From Synechocystis sp. PCC 6803 substr. PCC-P (lineage in GTDB: Bacteria > Cyanobacteriota > Cyanobacteriia > Cyanobacteriales > Microcystaceae), in assembly GCF_000284455.1 (NCBI RefSeq), contig NC_017039.1, positions 1,140,001 through 1,172,000 of the forward strand: a stretch of DNA of 32,000 nucleotides, in the 5' to 3' direction. Of this stretch, positions 1-8,580 are shown in pieces. The notes under the pieces are model-generated. The model was not told the origin of the DNA, did not search any database, and worked only from the letters and a program-made list of their open reading frames with translations. Numbering within the stretch: position 1 is the stretch's first letter; each line of letters begins with the position of its first letter. A program made the position numbers and the translations under genes.

Positions 1-729
1 TATCTCCACCAGGGGCAACCAGGGTTAAGCTCCATCACCCTACCGGACTTTGACGACCAATCTCCCGTTACCATTTCCCTGCAGCCGGATAAAACCCTAA
101 TCCAAAACGCCCAACGACTTTACAAACAACAACAAAAATTAAACCGGGCAGAGGCGGCCATTCTCCCTTTGTTAGCAGAAGTGGAGCAGGAGTTGGCCTA
201 CCTCACCCAGGTAGAAACCAGTGTGCAGGCGTTGACCGAATTTGATGATCTGGCCGATTGGCAAACGTTAACGGAAATTCGGGATGAGTTGGCGGAACAA
301 AACTATTTAGCCCTTAGCCATGGCCGCCCCCGCCGTAAAGAAGCGGAAACTTTTGAGCCGCACCAGAGCCTAACCCCTTCCGGTTTTCCCCTCTGGATTG
401 GCCGTAATAATCGCCAAAATGATTACCTTAGTTTTCGGGTTGCCACCGAGTATGACCTGTGGTTCCATGCCCAGGAAATTGCCGGCAGTCATGTGTTACT
501 CCGATTACCCCCAGGGGCGATCGCCGAAGATCAGGATTTGCAATCAGCAGCGGATTGGGCGGCCTACTACAGCCGAGGCCGGGAGGAAGAACAGGTACCG
601 GTGGTCTATACCCAGCCTAAATATGTCTTTAAACCCAAGGGTAGTAAACCGGGCATGGTGGTTTATCAACAGGAAACGGTTATTTGGGGCAAACCTGGAG
701 CGGTTAATCCAAAGTTGACCCACAATTGA
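1..729 (+). CDS. NFACT/RqcH-like (FbpA-family) protein, C-terminal part with the NFACT-R (DUF814) domain. The 5' end lies outside the window.
   Basis: Frame 1 is open from nt 1 with no stop and runs into the listed 169..729 ORF. The motif LWIGRNNRQNDYLSFRVATEYDLWFHAQEIAGSHVLL is typical of the DUF814/NFACT-R domain. Confidence 0.8.
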   Translation, partial: YLHQGQPGLSSITLPDFDDQSPVTISLQPDKTLIQNAQRLYKQQQKLNRAEAAILPLLAEVEQELAYLTQVETSVQALTEFDDLADWQTLTEIRDELAEQNYLALSHGRPRRKEAETFEPHQSLTPSGFPLWIGRNNRQNDYLSFRVATEYDLWFHAQEIAGSHVLLRLPPGAIAEDQDLQSAADWAAYYSRGREEEQVPVVYTQPKYVFKPKGSKPGMVVYQQETVIWGKPGAVNPKLTHN

Positions 730-751
730 TTTTGACGACCCCAATGGTTCG

Positions 752-1966
752 CTAACCTAAGCGGTTGCGATAATCTTCATAACCAAAGGTACGCCACAGT
801 TCAAATTCCCCCGATCGCCGCAGACAACCAATGGCGGGATGGTGGACTCCATTAAAGGTAGTGGTTTTGACCATGGTGTAGTGCATCATGTCTTCAAAAA
901 TTAGGCGATCTCCCACCTGTAAAGGTTGATCAAAGGCATAATCACCGAGAAAATCCCCCGCGAGGCAACTGGAACCCCCCAGGCGATAAACAGTATCTCC
1001 CGTTTGCGGCACTCTAGCTCCCCTTACTTCTGGCCGATAGGGCATTTCCAAGCAGTCAGGCATATGGGCCGTGAAGGAAACATCGAGCATGGCATGGGTA
1101 AATTCCGGTGTTTCGATCAGATCCTCCACCGTACTAAGTAAAAATCCTGTCTGCCAGGCGATCGCCGACCCCGGCTCCATAATCAACCGCAGATGGGGAT
1201 GGCGTTGGTGGAATTCCCCAATTACTGCAATGGCATAGTCCATGTCGTAGCCTTGGCTGGTCATTAAATGGCCGCCGCCTAGGTTTAACCATTCAATTTG
1301 GGGCAAATACTCGCCAAATAATTTTTCGATCTGCCCTAGGGTTTTTTCCAAAGCTAAATGATCGCTCTCACAAAGGTTGTGGGAGAGAAAGCCCGTAATG
1401 CCCGACGGTAAATTACCCGCCAACATTGCCGCTTGCACCCCCAACCGGGAACCGGACACACAGGGATTATAAAGATCGGTCTGCACGGGGGAATATTCCG
1501 GGTTAATGCGTAAACCTGCTTTTACCGCGGTATTTTTCAACGATTCCCGATAACGATGCCATTGTCCCAAGGAGTTAAAGGTAATGTGGCTAGCCAAGGG
1601 AATAATGGCTGGCAAATCATCGGGGCGATAGGTGGGGGCATAAACGTGCACTTCTTTGCCAAATTCCTCCGCCGCCAGTCGTGCTTCCCAGAGGGAACTG
1701 GCCGACGCCCCTGCTAACCCTGACCGCAACCAGGGAAAACAAGGAAAGAGGGCAAAACCTTTCAAGGCCAACATCACCTCAATCGGGGCGGATTGCTGCA
1801 ACCGTTCGAAAATCGCCAAATTTTGTTGTAACAATTCCTCTTCCAACACAAAACAGGGGGAAGGTAGGCTGGATAACCTGGGGTTTTCGAGAATGTTCAC
1901 CGCAAAACTGCTCACTTTAGCTATAGATAAAGAAAAAAGACTACTGCCAATAAAACAGTAGCCCAA
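752..1966 (-). CDS. nspC: Carboxynorspermidine/carboxyspermidine decarboxylase (PLP-dependent, ornithine/DAP decarboxylase fold).
   Basis: The 404-codon ORF resembles NspC along its whole length (SPCFVLEEELLQQNL..., HNLCE, GGGH, MEPGSAIA, SSCLAGD). The codon at 1966 is TTG and there is no early ATG. In-frame GTG codons at 1915 and 1900 are equally plausible starts, so the 5' end is uncertain by up to 66 nt. Confidence 0.85.
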   Translation of the reverse strand: MGYCFIGSSLFSLSIAKVSSFAVNILENPRLSSLPSPCFVLEEELLQQNLAIFERLQQSAPIEVMLALKGFALFPCFPWLRSGLAGASASSLWEARLAAEEFGKEVHVYAPTYRPDDLPAIIPLASHITFNSLGQWHRYRESLKNTAVKAGLRINPEYSPVQTDLYNPCVSGSRLGVQAAMLAGNLPSGITGFLSHNLCESDHLALEKTLGQIEKLFGEYLPQIEWLNLGGGHLMTSQGYDMDYAIAVIGEFHQRHPHLRLIMEPGSAIAWQTGFLLSTVEDLIETPEFTHAMLDVSFTAHMPDCLEMPYRPEVRGARVPQTGDTVYRLGGSSCLAGDFLGDYAFDQPLQVGDRLIFEDMMHYTMVKTTTFNGVHHPAIGCLRRSGEFELWRTFGYEDYRNRLG

Positions 1967-2029
1967 TCAAGTCTTGAGATTAACGGAGGTTGCCGGGGAG
2001 ATTTACTACAGGTACCCCAGGCCAGAAAA

Positions 2030-2044
2030 CCTAAAAAATTTAGG
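2030..2044 (-). terminator. Possible intrinsic terminator of hliC.
   Basis: On the minus strand the sequence reads CCTAAA-TTT-TTTAGG followed by TTTTC, starting 14 nt after the hliC stop. The stem is AT-rich and short, so this call is weak. Confidence 0.35.
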
Positions 2045-2057
2045 AACTATGGAAAAA

Positions 2058-2201
2058 TTACAGAATGCCGAAGAAGTGAAGTACACCTTGCCCAGAGACA
2101 AGCTCGAGGATCAGGGCAGAGGAAAAACCGATCATGGCCAAGCGACCATTCCAGTTTTCGGCGAAAGCAGTGAATCCAAATTTAGAGTTTTCGTTGTTCA
2201 T
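2058..2201 (-). CDS. hliC: High-light-inducible protein HliC (small CAB-like protein, 47 aa).
   Basis: The internal ATG at 2201 gives [47 protein letters not shown]. This carries the chlorophyll-binding ExxNGRxAMxGF motif of one-helix HLIPs. The upstream 39 codons of the tracked ORF look non-coding and contain the promoter element. Confidence 0.95.
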   Translation of the reverse strand: MNNENSKFGFTAFAENWNGRLAMIGFSSALILELVSGQGVLHFFGIL

Positions 2202-2236
2202 GGTTAAGAATGTAATTACGAGCTGGGAGGGTTGTC

Positions 2237-2254
2237 TATGTAAATAAATGTAAC
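2237..2254 (-). promoter_or_regulatory. HLR1 element (RpaB-type direct repeat) upstream of hliC.
   Basis: The minus strand reads GTTACATT-TA-TTTACATA. This is a perfect match to the published HLR1 consensus (G/T)TTACA(T/A)(T/A)-N2-(G/T)TTACA(T/A)(T/A). It lies 36-53 nt upstream of the hliC ATG. Confidence 0.7.
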
Positions 2255-2355
2255 AGAGTATTGCGCCCATGGCAAGTCTGTGGTGAAAAAGGCAACGGGA
2301 GGATAATGTTAGGCTCAAACAGAACAGAAGTGACTAACCTTCGGAGAACAAGGCA

Positions 2356-2667
2356 ATGTTGGCCCTAATTTTGGCGATCGCCCTGTTGTGGGGCTTGATC
2401 TGGTGGGCTAGGCGTAGATCAGGTCGGAAAATTGCCTGGAGCAGAGGCCGTCGTCATTCATCAGGTTTCAAGCAGGCCATCCAAGCTTCCCGCCCAACAT
2501 CACCCAGGGTGCCCGGTAAGTTACGGCGGGATCTAATTCGTATTGCGGGCAATGCCCAGGTAGCGGAAAGACTGGTAACCAATCTACGGGCCAAACATCC
2601 TGATCGCCCGGAGCACTGGTATTGGGAAAAGGCAATTTTTGACCTGGAGCGCGATCGCCATTATTAG
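2356..2667 (+). CDS. Hypothetical membrane-anchored basic protein (conserved cyanobacterial type).
   Basis: ATG start. The N-terminal hydrophobic helix MLALILAIALLWGLIWW is followed by an Arg-rich stretch. The C-terminal ...HWYWEKAIFDLERDR is a tail I associate with cyanobacterial hypothetical proteins. No function can be read from the sequence. Confidence 0.6.
   Translation: MLALILAIALLWGLIWWARRRSGRKIAWSRGRRHSSGFKQAIQASRPTSPRVPGKLRRDLIRIAGNAQVAERLVTNLRAKHPDRPEHWYWEKAIFDLERDRHY
2651..2658. repeat. HIP1 octamer GCGATCGC, one example of about 33 dispersed copies.
   Basis: Exact copies read at 517-524, 1158-1165, 2374-2381, 2651-2658, 4621-4628, 7192-7199, 9231-9238 and about 26 further sites across the window. 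Confidence 0.95.
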
Positions 2668-2755
2668 GGCAATGGCAGGCACTGGAAACTAACCCGCCAA
2701 TAATTCCCCCTAGCAGCTTCTCTGGGATTTAGAGCAATTAGGCCGGGCAATTTCC

Positions 2756-3061
2756 CTATTTTTTGACTGATTCCAAGACTTTAAGCACTTGAATTTTTTG
2801 CTGGGGAGACAAATCCAAAGTGGGCAAAATGGCTTTGACTTCTTGGCCTTGGGCTAAACCGGCTTCAAGTTTGCCTTTTTGTTGCTCATTAAGAATTGCT
2901 CCTAATTTTTCTAGTACTTCCAGCTTTTCAGGACTAACTTGAGAAGCCGGAGTGTCTGTCATGGTTTGGGCAGATAAGCCAGAAAAAGAAGCAAAGGTGG
3001 TCAATGTGCATGCCAGTGCCAAGACGGCGGATTTTAAAATGGATTTCATCGGTAGTAACAT
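2756..3061 (-). CDS. Small secreted/periplasmic protein with a signal peptide and two LxxQQK motifs (Spy/CpxP-like flavour).
   Basis: The internal ATG at 3061 (alternative at 3049) gives MLLPMKSILKSAVLALACTLTTFASFSGLSAQT..., a classical signal peptide. The 63 codons upstream in the tracked ORF look non-coding. Confidence 0.6.
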   Translation of the reverse strand: MLLPMKSILKSAVLALACTLTTFASFSGLSAQTMTDTPASQVSPEKLEVLEKLGAILNEQQKGKLEAGLAQGQEVKAILPTLDLSPQQKIQVLKVLESVKK

Positions 3062-3256
3062 GGATTTTTCAAGATTTTCGGAATTTATTATCAATTCTAA
3101 TTCCATTGAGCAAAACTGATTGCCAGTCTTTAAAATGCCCCCAGCCATTGAAAAACAGAGCCAGGAAAATGAGTCTGGCTTGATTAACTGGCAATCCCTC
3201 CCCCTTATTAGCTGGAGATTTTTGGTATGGTAAGGTCTCCCCCATCCCAATCAACC

Positions 3257-3278
3257 AATTAACTGATAATTAACTGAT
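3257..3278. repeat. Perfect tandem direct repeat, 2 x AATTAACTGAT (11-nt period), in a divergent promoter region.
   Basis: Read directly: aattaactgat at 3257-3267 and again at 3268-3278. It lies about 90 nt upstream of the permease ATG at 3368 and about 200 nt upstream of the minus-strand start at 3061. Confidence 0.9.
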
Positions 3279-3367
3279 TTTTCTTGTCGTAACCTCCCAT
3301 TGTGACTATGGCCGTTGGCACCTTCAAACAAAGTAGATTTCAACTCCCTTTGCCCCGCCTTTCCGTC

Positions 3368-4486
3368 ATGGATCGGTATTTATTTGTGGAACTGTTTCTG
3401 CCCTTCATTTTCGGCATGGGCATGTTCACCTCCCTGGCTTTGTCCATTGGCACCCTCTTTGACCTGGTGCGGCGGGTAACGGAATCAGGCCTTCCCATGG
3501 ATATTGCGGTGAAGATCCTGTTCTTGAAAATGCCGGAGTTTGTGGTGCTGGCCTTTCCCATGTCAATGTTGTTGGCCAGCTTGATGGCCTATAGCCGTCT
3601 TTCCAGCGACAGTGAATTAATTGCTCTGCGTAGCATTGGGGTTAGCATCTATCGCCTGGTGGTGCCTGCCCTACTGTTTGGCATAGTAGTTACGGGCATT
3701 GCCTTTGTTTTCAATGACCGTATTACCCCCGCCGCTAGTTATGAAGCGTTAGCTACCCTAGACCGGGCCATCCATCAAGATCGCCCCCCCCGTCAAGAGC
3801 AAAATATTATTTATCCGGAATACGGCATGGTGCGACAACCGGACGGCAACGAGAAAAATATTTTGAAGCGCTTGTTCTATGCCGAAGAATTCAACGGTAG
3901 TGAAATGAAGGGGCTAACAATCCTTGATCGAACCCAGAGCGGCGTTAACCAAGTACTAACAGCGGAAAGGGCCAGTTGGAATATTTCTGAAAATACTTGG
4001 GATTTCTACGATGGCACCGTGTATCTCATTGCCCCCGACGGTTCCTACCGCAATATTGTCCGCTTTCGCCACCAACAATTGGCGTTGCCCCGGGCCCCTC
4101 TGGATTTAGCTAGCCAGGAACGGAAGGATGGTGAGATGACCATTGCCCAATCCCGCCGTTACCTGGAAGTACTACGGTTAAGCGGGGACGACAAGAAAGT
4201 ACGCAAACTAGAAGTCCGCATCCAAAAGAAATACGCTCTGCCCTTTGTTTGCTTTGTCTTTGGTTTAATCGGGGCGGCGATCGGAGTACGGCCACAGAAT
4301 ACCAACAAAGCTACTAGCTTTGGCATCTGTGTGGGCTTAATTTTCTTCTATTACCTACTCTCTTTTTTAAGCGAGTCTATGGGGATTTGGGGAGCCCTGG
4401 ATCCGTTCACCGCCGCTTGGCTGCCTAATTTCCTGGGGTTAATTGCGGGCACTATTCTGCTGGTGCAATCTTCCCGCCTGCGTTGA
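3368..4486 (+). CDS. LptF/LptG-family (YjgP/YjgQ) permease.
   Basis: The MDRYLFVELFLPF... N-terminus is typical of the family. The topology is three TM helices, a large periplasmic loop, then three C-terminal TM helices. The tracked ORF begins at GTG 3302, with an ATG at 3308. I prefer the family-typical MDRY start at 3368. Confidence 0.8.
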   Translation: MDRYLFVELFLPFIFGMGMFTSLALSIGTLFDLVRRVTESGLPMDIAVKILFLKMPEFVVLAFPMSMLLASLMAYSRLSSDSELIALRSIGVSIYRLVVPALLFGIVVTGIAFVFNDRITPAASYEALATLDRAIHQDRPPRQEQNIIYPEYGMVRQPDGNEKNILKRLFYAEEFNGSEMKGLTILDRTQSGVNQVLTAERASWNISENTWDFYDGTVYLIAPDGSYRNIVRFRHQQLALPRAPLDLASQERKDGEMTIAQSRRYLEVLRLSGDDKKVRKLEVRIQKKYALPFVCFVFGLIGAAIGVRPQNTNKATSFGICVGLIFFYYLLSFLSESMGIWGALDPFTAAWLPNFLGLIAGTILLVQSSRLR

Positions 4487-4512
4487 AGTTGTGCCGATGC
4501 CCGTTGCCAGTT

Positions 4513-4662
4513 CTAGTTGTCCTTATTGCCACAGGTCTGGAGCTGACGCAGGAGTACGTCCAATTCCGCTTCTAAATAGAGGTATTGCACTTGTTGGGGA
4601 GTTGCGTAAACCTGTTTTTGGCGATCGCCAGCGGGTTTGGCAAGAACGGCAGATTTGCTCAT
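4513..4662 (-). CDS. Candidate unannotated micro-protein, 49 aa (MSKSAVLAKPAGDRQKQVYATPQQVQYLYLEAELDVLLRQLQTCGNKDN).
   Basis: Hand-translated. It runs from ATG at 4662 to TAG at 4513-4515, below the 60-aa cut-off of the ORF track. Codon choice looks typical of the host, and HIP1 is read as GDR. It has a predicted amphipathic helix and a TATAAT box 39 nt upstream. The overlapping tracked ORFs (4443..4679 +, 4523..4744 -) have non-protein-like composition. Confidence 0.4.
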   Translation of the reverse strand: MSKSAVLAKPAGDRQKQVYATPQQVQYLYLEAELDVLLRQLQTCGNKDN

Positions 4663-4700
4663 GGAGTTGTTTTTTATAAAGGGTTTTATCAAGCGAAGGC

Positions 4701-4706
4701 ATTATA
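4701..4706 (-). promoter_or_regulatory. Candidate -10 box (TATAAT on the minus strand) for the 49-codon ORF.
   Basis: The plus strand reads attata at 4701-4706, which is TATAAT on the minus strand. It is preceded by an AT-rich tract and would give a leader of about 30 nt. Confidence 0.4.
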
Positions 4707-4982
4707 CTATTTTTTCGATGAAAAAACACAAACTTTTGTGACAATGTTCCGATTAACCCCTCCCCTCCCTCTCCAGGTCAACCAGGGTACCAGGGCGATT
4801 GCCTGGGGGGATGAATAAAAATGGTAACTTTACCCACCGTTTTGTTAGGCAAAAATACTTAATAATCTGTCCTGGGGTCGTTGCTATCCGGCGCAGATCG
4901 GTGGAACAATCGACTCTTTGGTGTTATCTGTATAGGTTGAGTTTCAGCTTGTTTACCAAAATCAGTGTGGTGTTGAGGTTGT

Positions 4983-6428
4983 ATGGCGAATAGTACCGAG
5001 TCTGGTTCGTTGCAGTCCTCCAGCACCGTCAAGGTTCGCTCCCATTACCGACCCAACAATGGCACTGGTTCCCCCGGGGGTCGTCCCCGGCCCAAAAGGG
5101 GTTTTCTTCCCCTAGGCAAGGGCTTGGTTTGGGGGGGGTTAGTGACTTTGACTGCCACTGTAGCGGCGATCGCCGGGGTGGGCATCGGCTTTTTTACCCC
5201 TGGGCCAAAGGGGCTAGTTCAGCAGGTTATACCGGGGCAGTCGGCCGGAGTAGAAGCCGGTCAGGCAGATCTATTTCCCTATCACATCAGTCGTCCTGTC
5301 AACATTTTGGTGATGGGCATTGACCGGGTAGAACCCACAGAGGAAGAACCCAATGTGGATGAGTTTGGTGGCCGCAGTGACACCATGCTATTGGTACGAT
5401 TCGATCCGAGGGAAAATGGTTTGAAATTACTTTCCATTCCCCGGGATACCAGGGTTTTCATTCCCGATGTGGGCTATACCAAAATCAACGATGCCAATGC
5501 CTATGGGGGCCCGCAGTTGGCGGCAAGGGTAATCAACCGTAACTTGGGGGAAGTCCCCATCGACCGTTACGTCAGAGTCACCACCGACGCATTACAGGAA
5601 TTGGTGGATTTAGTGGGGGGAGTGGAAGTGTTTGTACCCCGGCCCATGTTTTACGAAGATAAAACCCAGCAGTTATTAATCGATTTACCCGCCGGACTGC
5701 AAACCCTGAATGGGCAACAGGCAGAACAATTTGTCCGTTTTCGCTACGACGCCAATGGGGATATTGGCCGGGTACAACGGCAGGAAACCCTGCTCAAAGC
5801 CCTGCAAAATCGCCTTAGCCATCCCAGTATGATCACCCGCATTCCCAAGGCCATTGGCATTATGCAGAAAACTGTGGACACAAATTTAACCATGGAGGAA
5901 ATTCTGGCCCTGGTTAATTTTGGGCGTCAACTTGATCGCCAGGAAGTGCAAATGGTAATGTTACCGGGGCGGTTTAGCCAACCGGCGGAATTTGATGGCC
6001 GTAGCTATTGGGTGATGTCCGATGTCGGCAAAAGGCAAGTGCTCAGGAACTACTTTGATGTCATTGAAGAAGTCCCCACTTGGGCTGAAACTCCCGGGCG
6101 ATCGCCGGAAAGTTTACGCATTGCCCTGCAAAATGCCACTGACGATCCCCAGGCCCTGGAACGGGTGAAGGAATATTTACAATCCAAGGACTTCCGCAAT
6201 TTTTATGAAACATCGGAATCCCCGCAACTATTAGCAGAGACAAAAATTCTGGTACAGCGGGGGGACTTAGATGGAGCCCATTATCTGCGGCAAACCTTGG
6301 GGGGAGGAGTGGTGGAAGCTTCCTCCGTCGGCGACCTAGGCTCGGATTTAACTATTCAAGTGGGCATGGACCTTGACCAATGGCTCAAGGAATCTACCCC
6401 GGTGGACGACTCCACCCCTCAATTTTGA
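4983..6428 (+). CDS. LCP-family (LytR-CpsA-Psr) cell-envelope protein with an N-terminal TM anchor.
   Basis: ATG start and one TM helix (WGGLVTLTATVAAIAGVGIGFF). LCP-domain motifs are present: NILVMGIDR, RSDTMLLVRFDP, LSIPRDT, KINDANAYGG. Confidence 0.85.
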   Translation: MANSTESGSLQSSSTVKVRSHYRPNNGTGSPGGRPRPKRGFLPLGKGLVWGGLVTLTATVAAIAGVGIGFFTPGPKGLVQQVIPGQSAGVEAGQADLFPYHISRPVNILVMGIDRVEPTEEEPNVDEFGGRSDTMLLVRFDPRENGLKLLSIPRDTRVFIPDVGYTKINDANAYGGPQLAARVINRNLGEVPIDRYVRVTTDALQELVDLVGGVEVFVPRPMFYEDKTQQLLIDLPAGLQTLNGQQAEQFVRFRYDANGDIGRVQRQETLLKALQNRLSHPSMITRIPKAIGIMQKTVDTNLTMEEILALVNFGRQLDRQEVQMVMLPGRFSQPAEFDGRSYWVMSDVGKRQVLRNYFDVIEEVPTWAETPGRSPESLRIALQNATDDPQALERVKEYLQSKDFRNFYETSESPQLLAETKILVQRGDLDGAHYLRQTLGGGVVEASSVGDLGSDLTIQVGMDLDQWLKESTPVDDSTPQF

Positions 6429-6544
6429 TGTTCCAGATTTTTGGTTTTTTCTTCTACTCGATCGCCATTGAGGTTGGCTTCAGGGAAGCTTGGGATATTC
6501 TGTCTATTTAATTTTGCCTGAAGATCAATCTAGAAGAACTGAGA

Positions 6545-6973
6545 TTAGCCCCGGACCAACAGGGTCGCAAGGGGAGCCAGCCAGCGGGCCAACCGATTTT
6601 GTAAACGATCTAAAAGGGAAGGGGATGGAAATTGCCTTTGCTCTCCGGGATATTGAGCGAGGATTTGCTTAGCCAAAGGTGTCAGGCGAAAACTGTCCGT
6701 AATTCCCTGGCCGTCCACTTCCCGTCGCAATAGCCCCACCTGAATGAGCCACATCAATTCCCGCTCCACCCGATTTTCTGTTAATGCTTGCCCACAAAAA
6801 CCTTGCTCAACTCCCCCAGCCCCGGCGATCGTTGGTAGGGGCACACTGGCTTGGGCCATAGCCCGAAATAAGTTCAAATAAAAGGGACAACACTGGAAAG
6901 CTCTTTGGGCCCGATTGTAGGTGTGGGCAGTGTAACCAGCTAATGCTTTAGGGGATGCCAAAAAAGTGTTCAT
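6545..6973 (-). CDS. Conserved hypothetical protein (cyanobacterial), function unknown.
   Basis: A 142-codon ATG-initiated ORF with host-like codon usage and protein-like composition. I recognise no domain. The overlapping plus-strand ORF 6490..6672 is its shadow. Confidence 0.6.
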   Translation of the reverse strand: MNTFLASPKALAGYTAHTYNRAQRAFQCCPFYLNLFRAMAQASVPLPTIAGAGGVEQGFCGQALTENRVERELMWLIQVGLLRREVDGQGITDSFRLTPLAKQILAQYPGEQRQFPSPSLLDRLQNRLARWLAPLATLLVRG

Positions 6974-7237
6974 GGCGAAATTAAGTCAAAAATTTAGCAG
7001 TTTACAGAGGCGATTTATCGGCGGGTAAGACTATACAGTATCGGGAAAAAATTAAGAACGGTCAAAGAATCTGGACATATCACAACCCACAATCTAGTAT
7101 TCAAAATCCTTCTGCCTGGCCTTATTTGGTCGTATTTACCCATTGTGCCCAAATCCGACCATTGTTGCCAATTATTCCCCAGGTAACCACGGCGATCGCC
7201 AAGGAAAGATTTAAGTATTTTTTCCCATTCTCCCTAA

Positions 7238-8353
<1,116 letters not shown>

Positions 8354-8440
8354 GTTTGGTATTTGTTAAGTTATCAAGCCCAGGAAAATCAGAGCAGTCA
8401 TCGTCCAACAGCCTATGACTTGTCTCAGTTAGTCTAGATT

Positions 8441-8467
8441 TACCGGGGTAATAAAGTAATCCCGGTA
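8441..8467 (+). terminator. Hairpin downstream of gap1 (possible terminator).
   Basis: TACCGGG-(13 nt loop)-CCCGGTA is followed by the T-rich ACTTTATTTATGTTT. It lies 88 nt after the gap1 stop and 18 nt beyond the stop of the convergent small ORF. Confidence 0.45.
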
Positions 8468-8484
8468 ACTTTATTTATGTTTAG

Positions 8485-8580
8485 TTAACCCCCTTTAGCA
8501 AAACTACCCATCACTAGGGCGGATAGCAAAATACCAGGGACAAGGAGGACAACTAACATCAACAGTTGATCGGCGGTCAT
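8485..8580 (-). CDS. Candidate 31-aa single-TM micro-protein (MTADQLLMLVVLLVPGILLSALVMGSFAKGG).
   Basis: Hand-translated. It runs from ATG at 8580 to TAA at 8485-8487, below the ORF-track cut-off. One hydrophobic helix is followed by a short polar tail, the architecture of many cyanobacterial thylakoid micro-subunits. I see no clear promoter or SD sequence. Confidence 0.3.
   Translation of the reverse strand: MTADQLLMLVVLLVPGILLSALVMGSFAKGG

Noticed and set aside
2202-2318. 39-codon N-terminal extension of the hliC ORF in the track.
   Set aside because: HLIPs of this type are about 47 aa. The extension has non-protein-like composition and contains the HLR1 promoter element.
4443-4993. Tracked ORFs 4443..4679(+), 4523..4744(-), 4585..4818(+) and 4799..4993(+) in the lptFG-LCP gap.
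   Set aside because: Their compositions are Cys/Arg/Ser-rich and low in complexity. They overlap one another and have no recognisable motifs. A different minus-strand frame (4513..4662) is the only protein-like reading.
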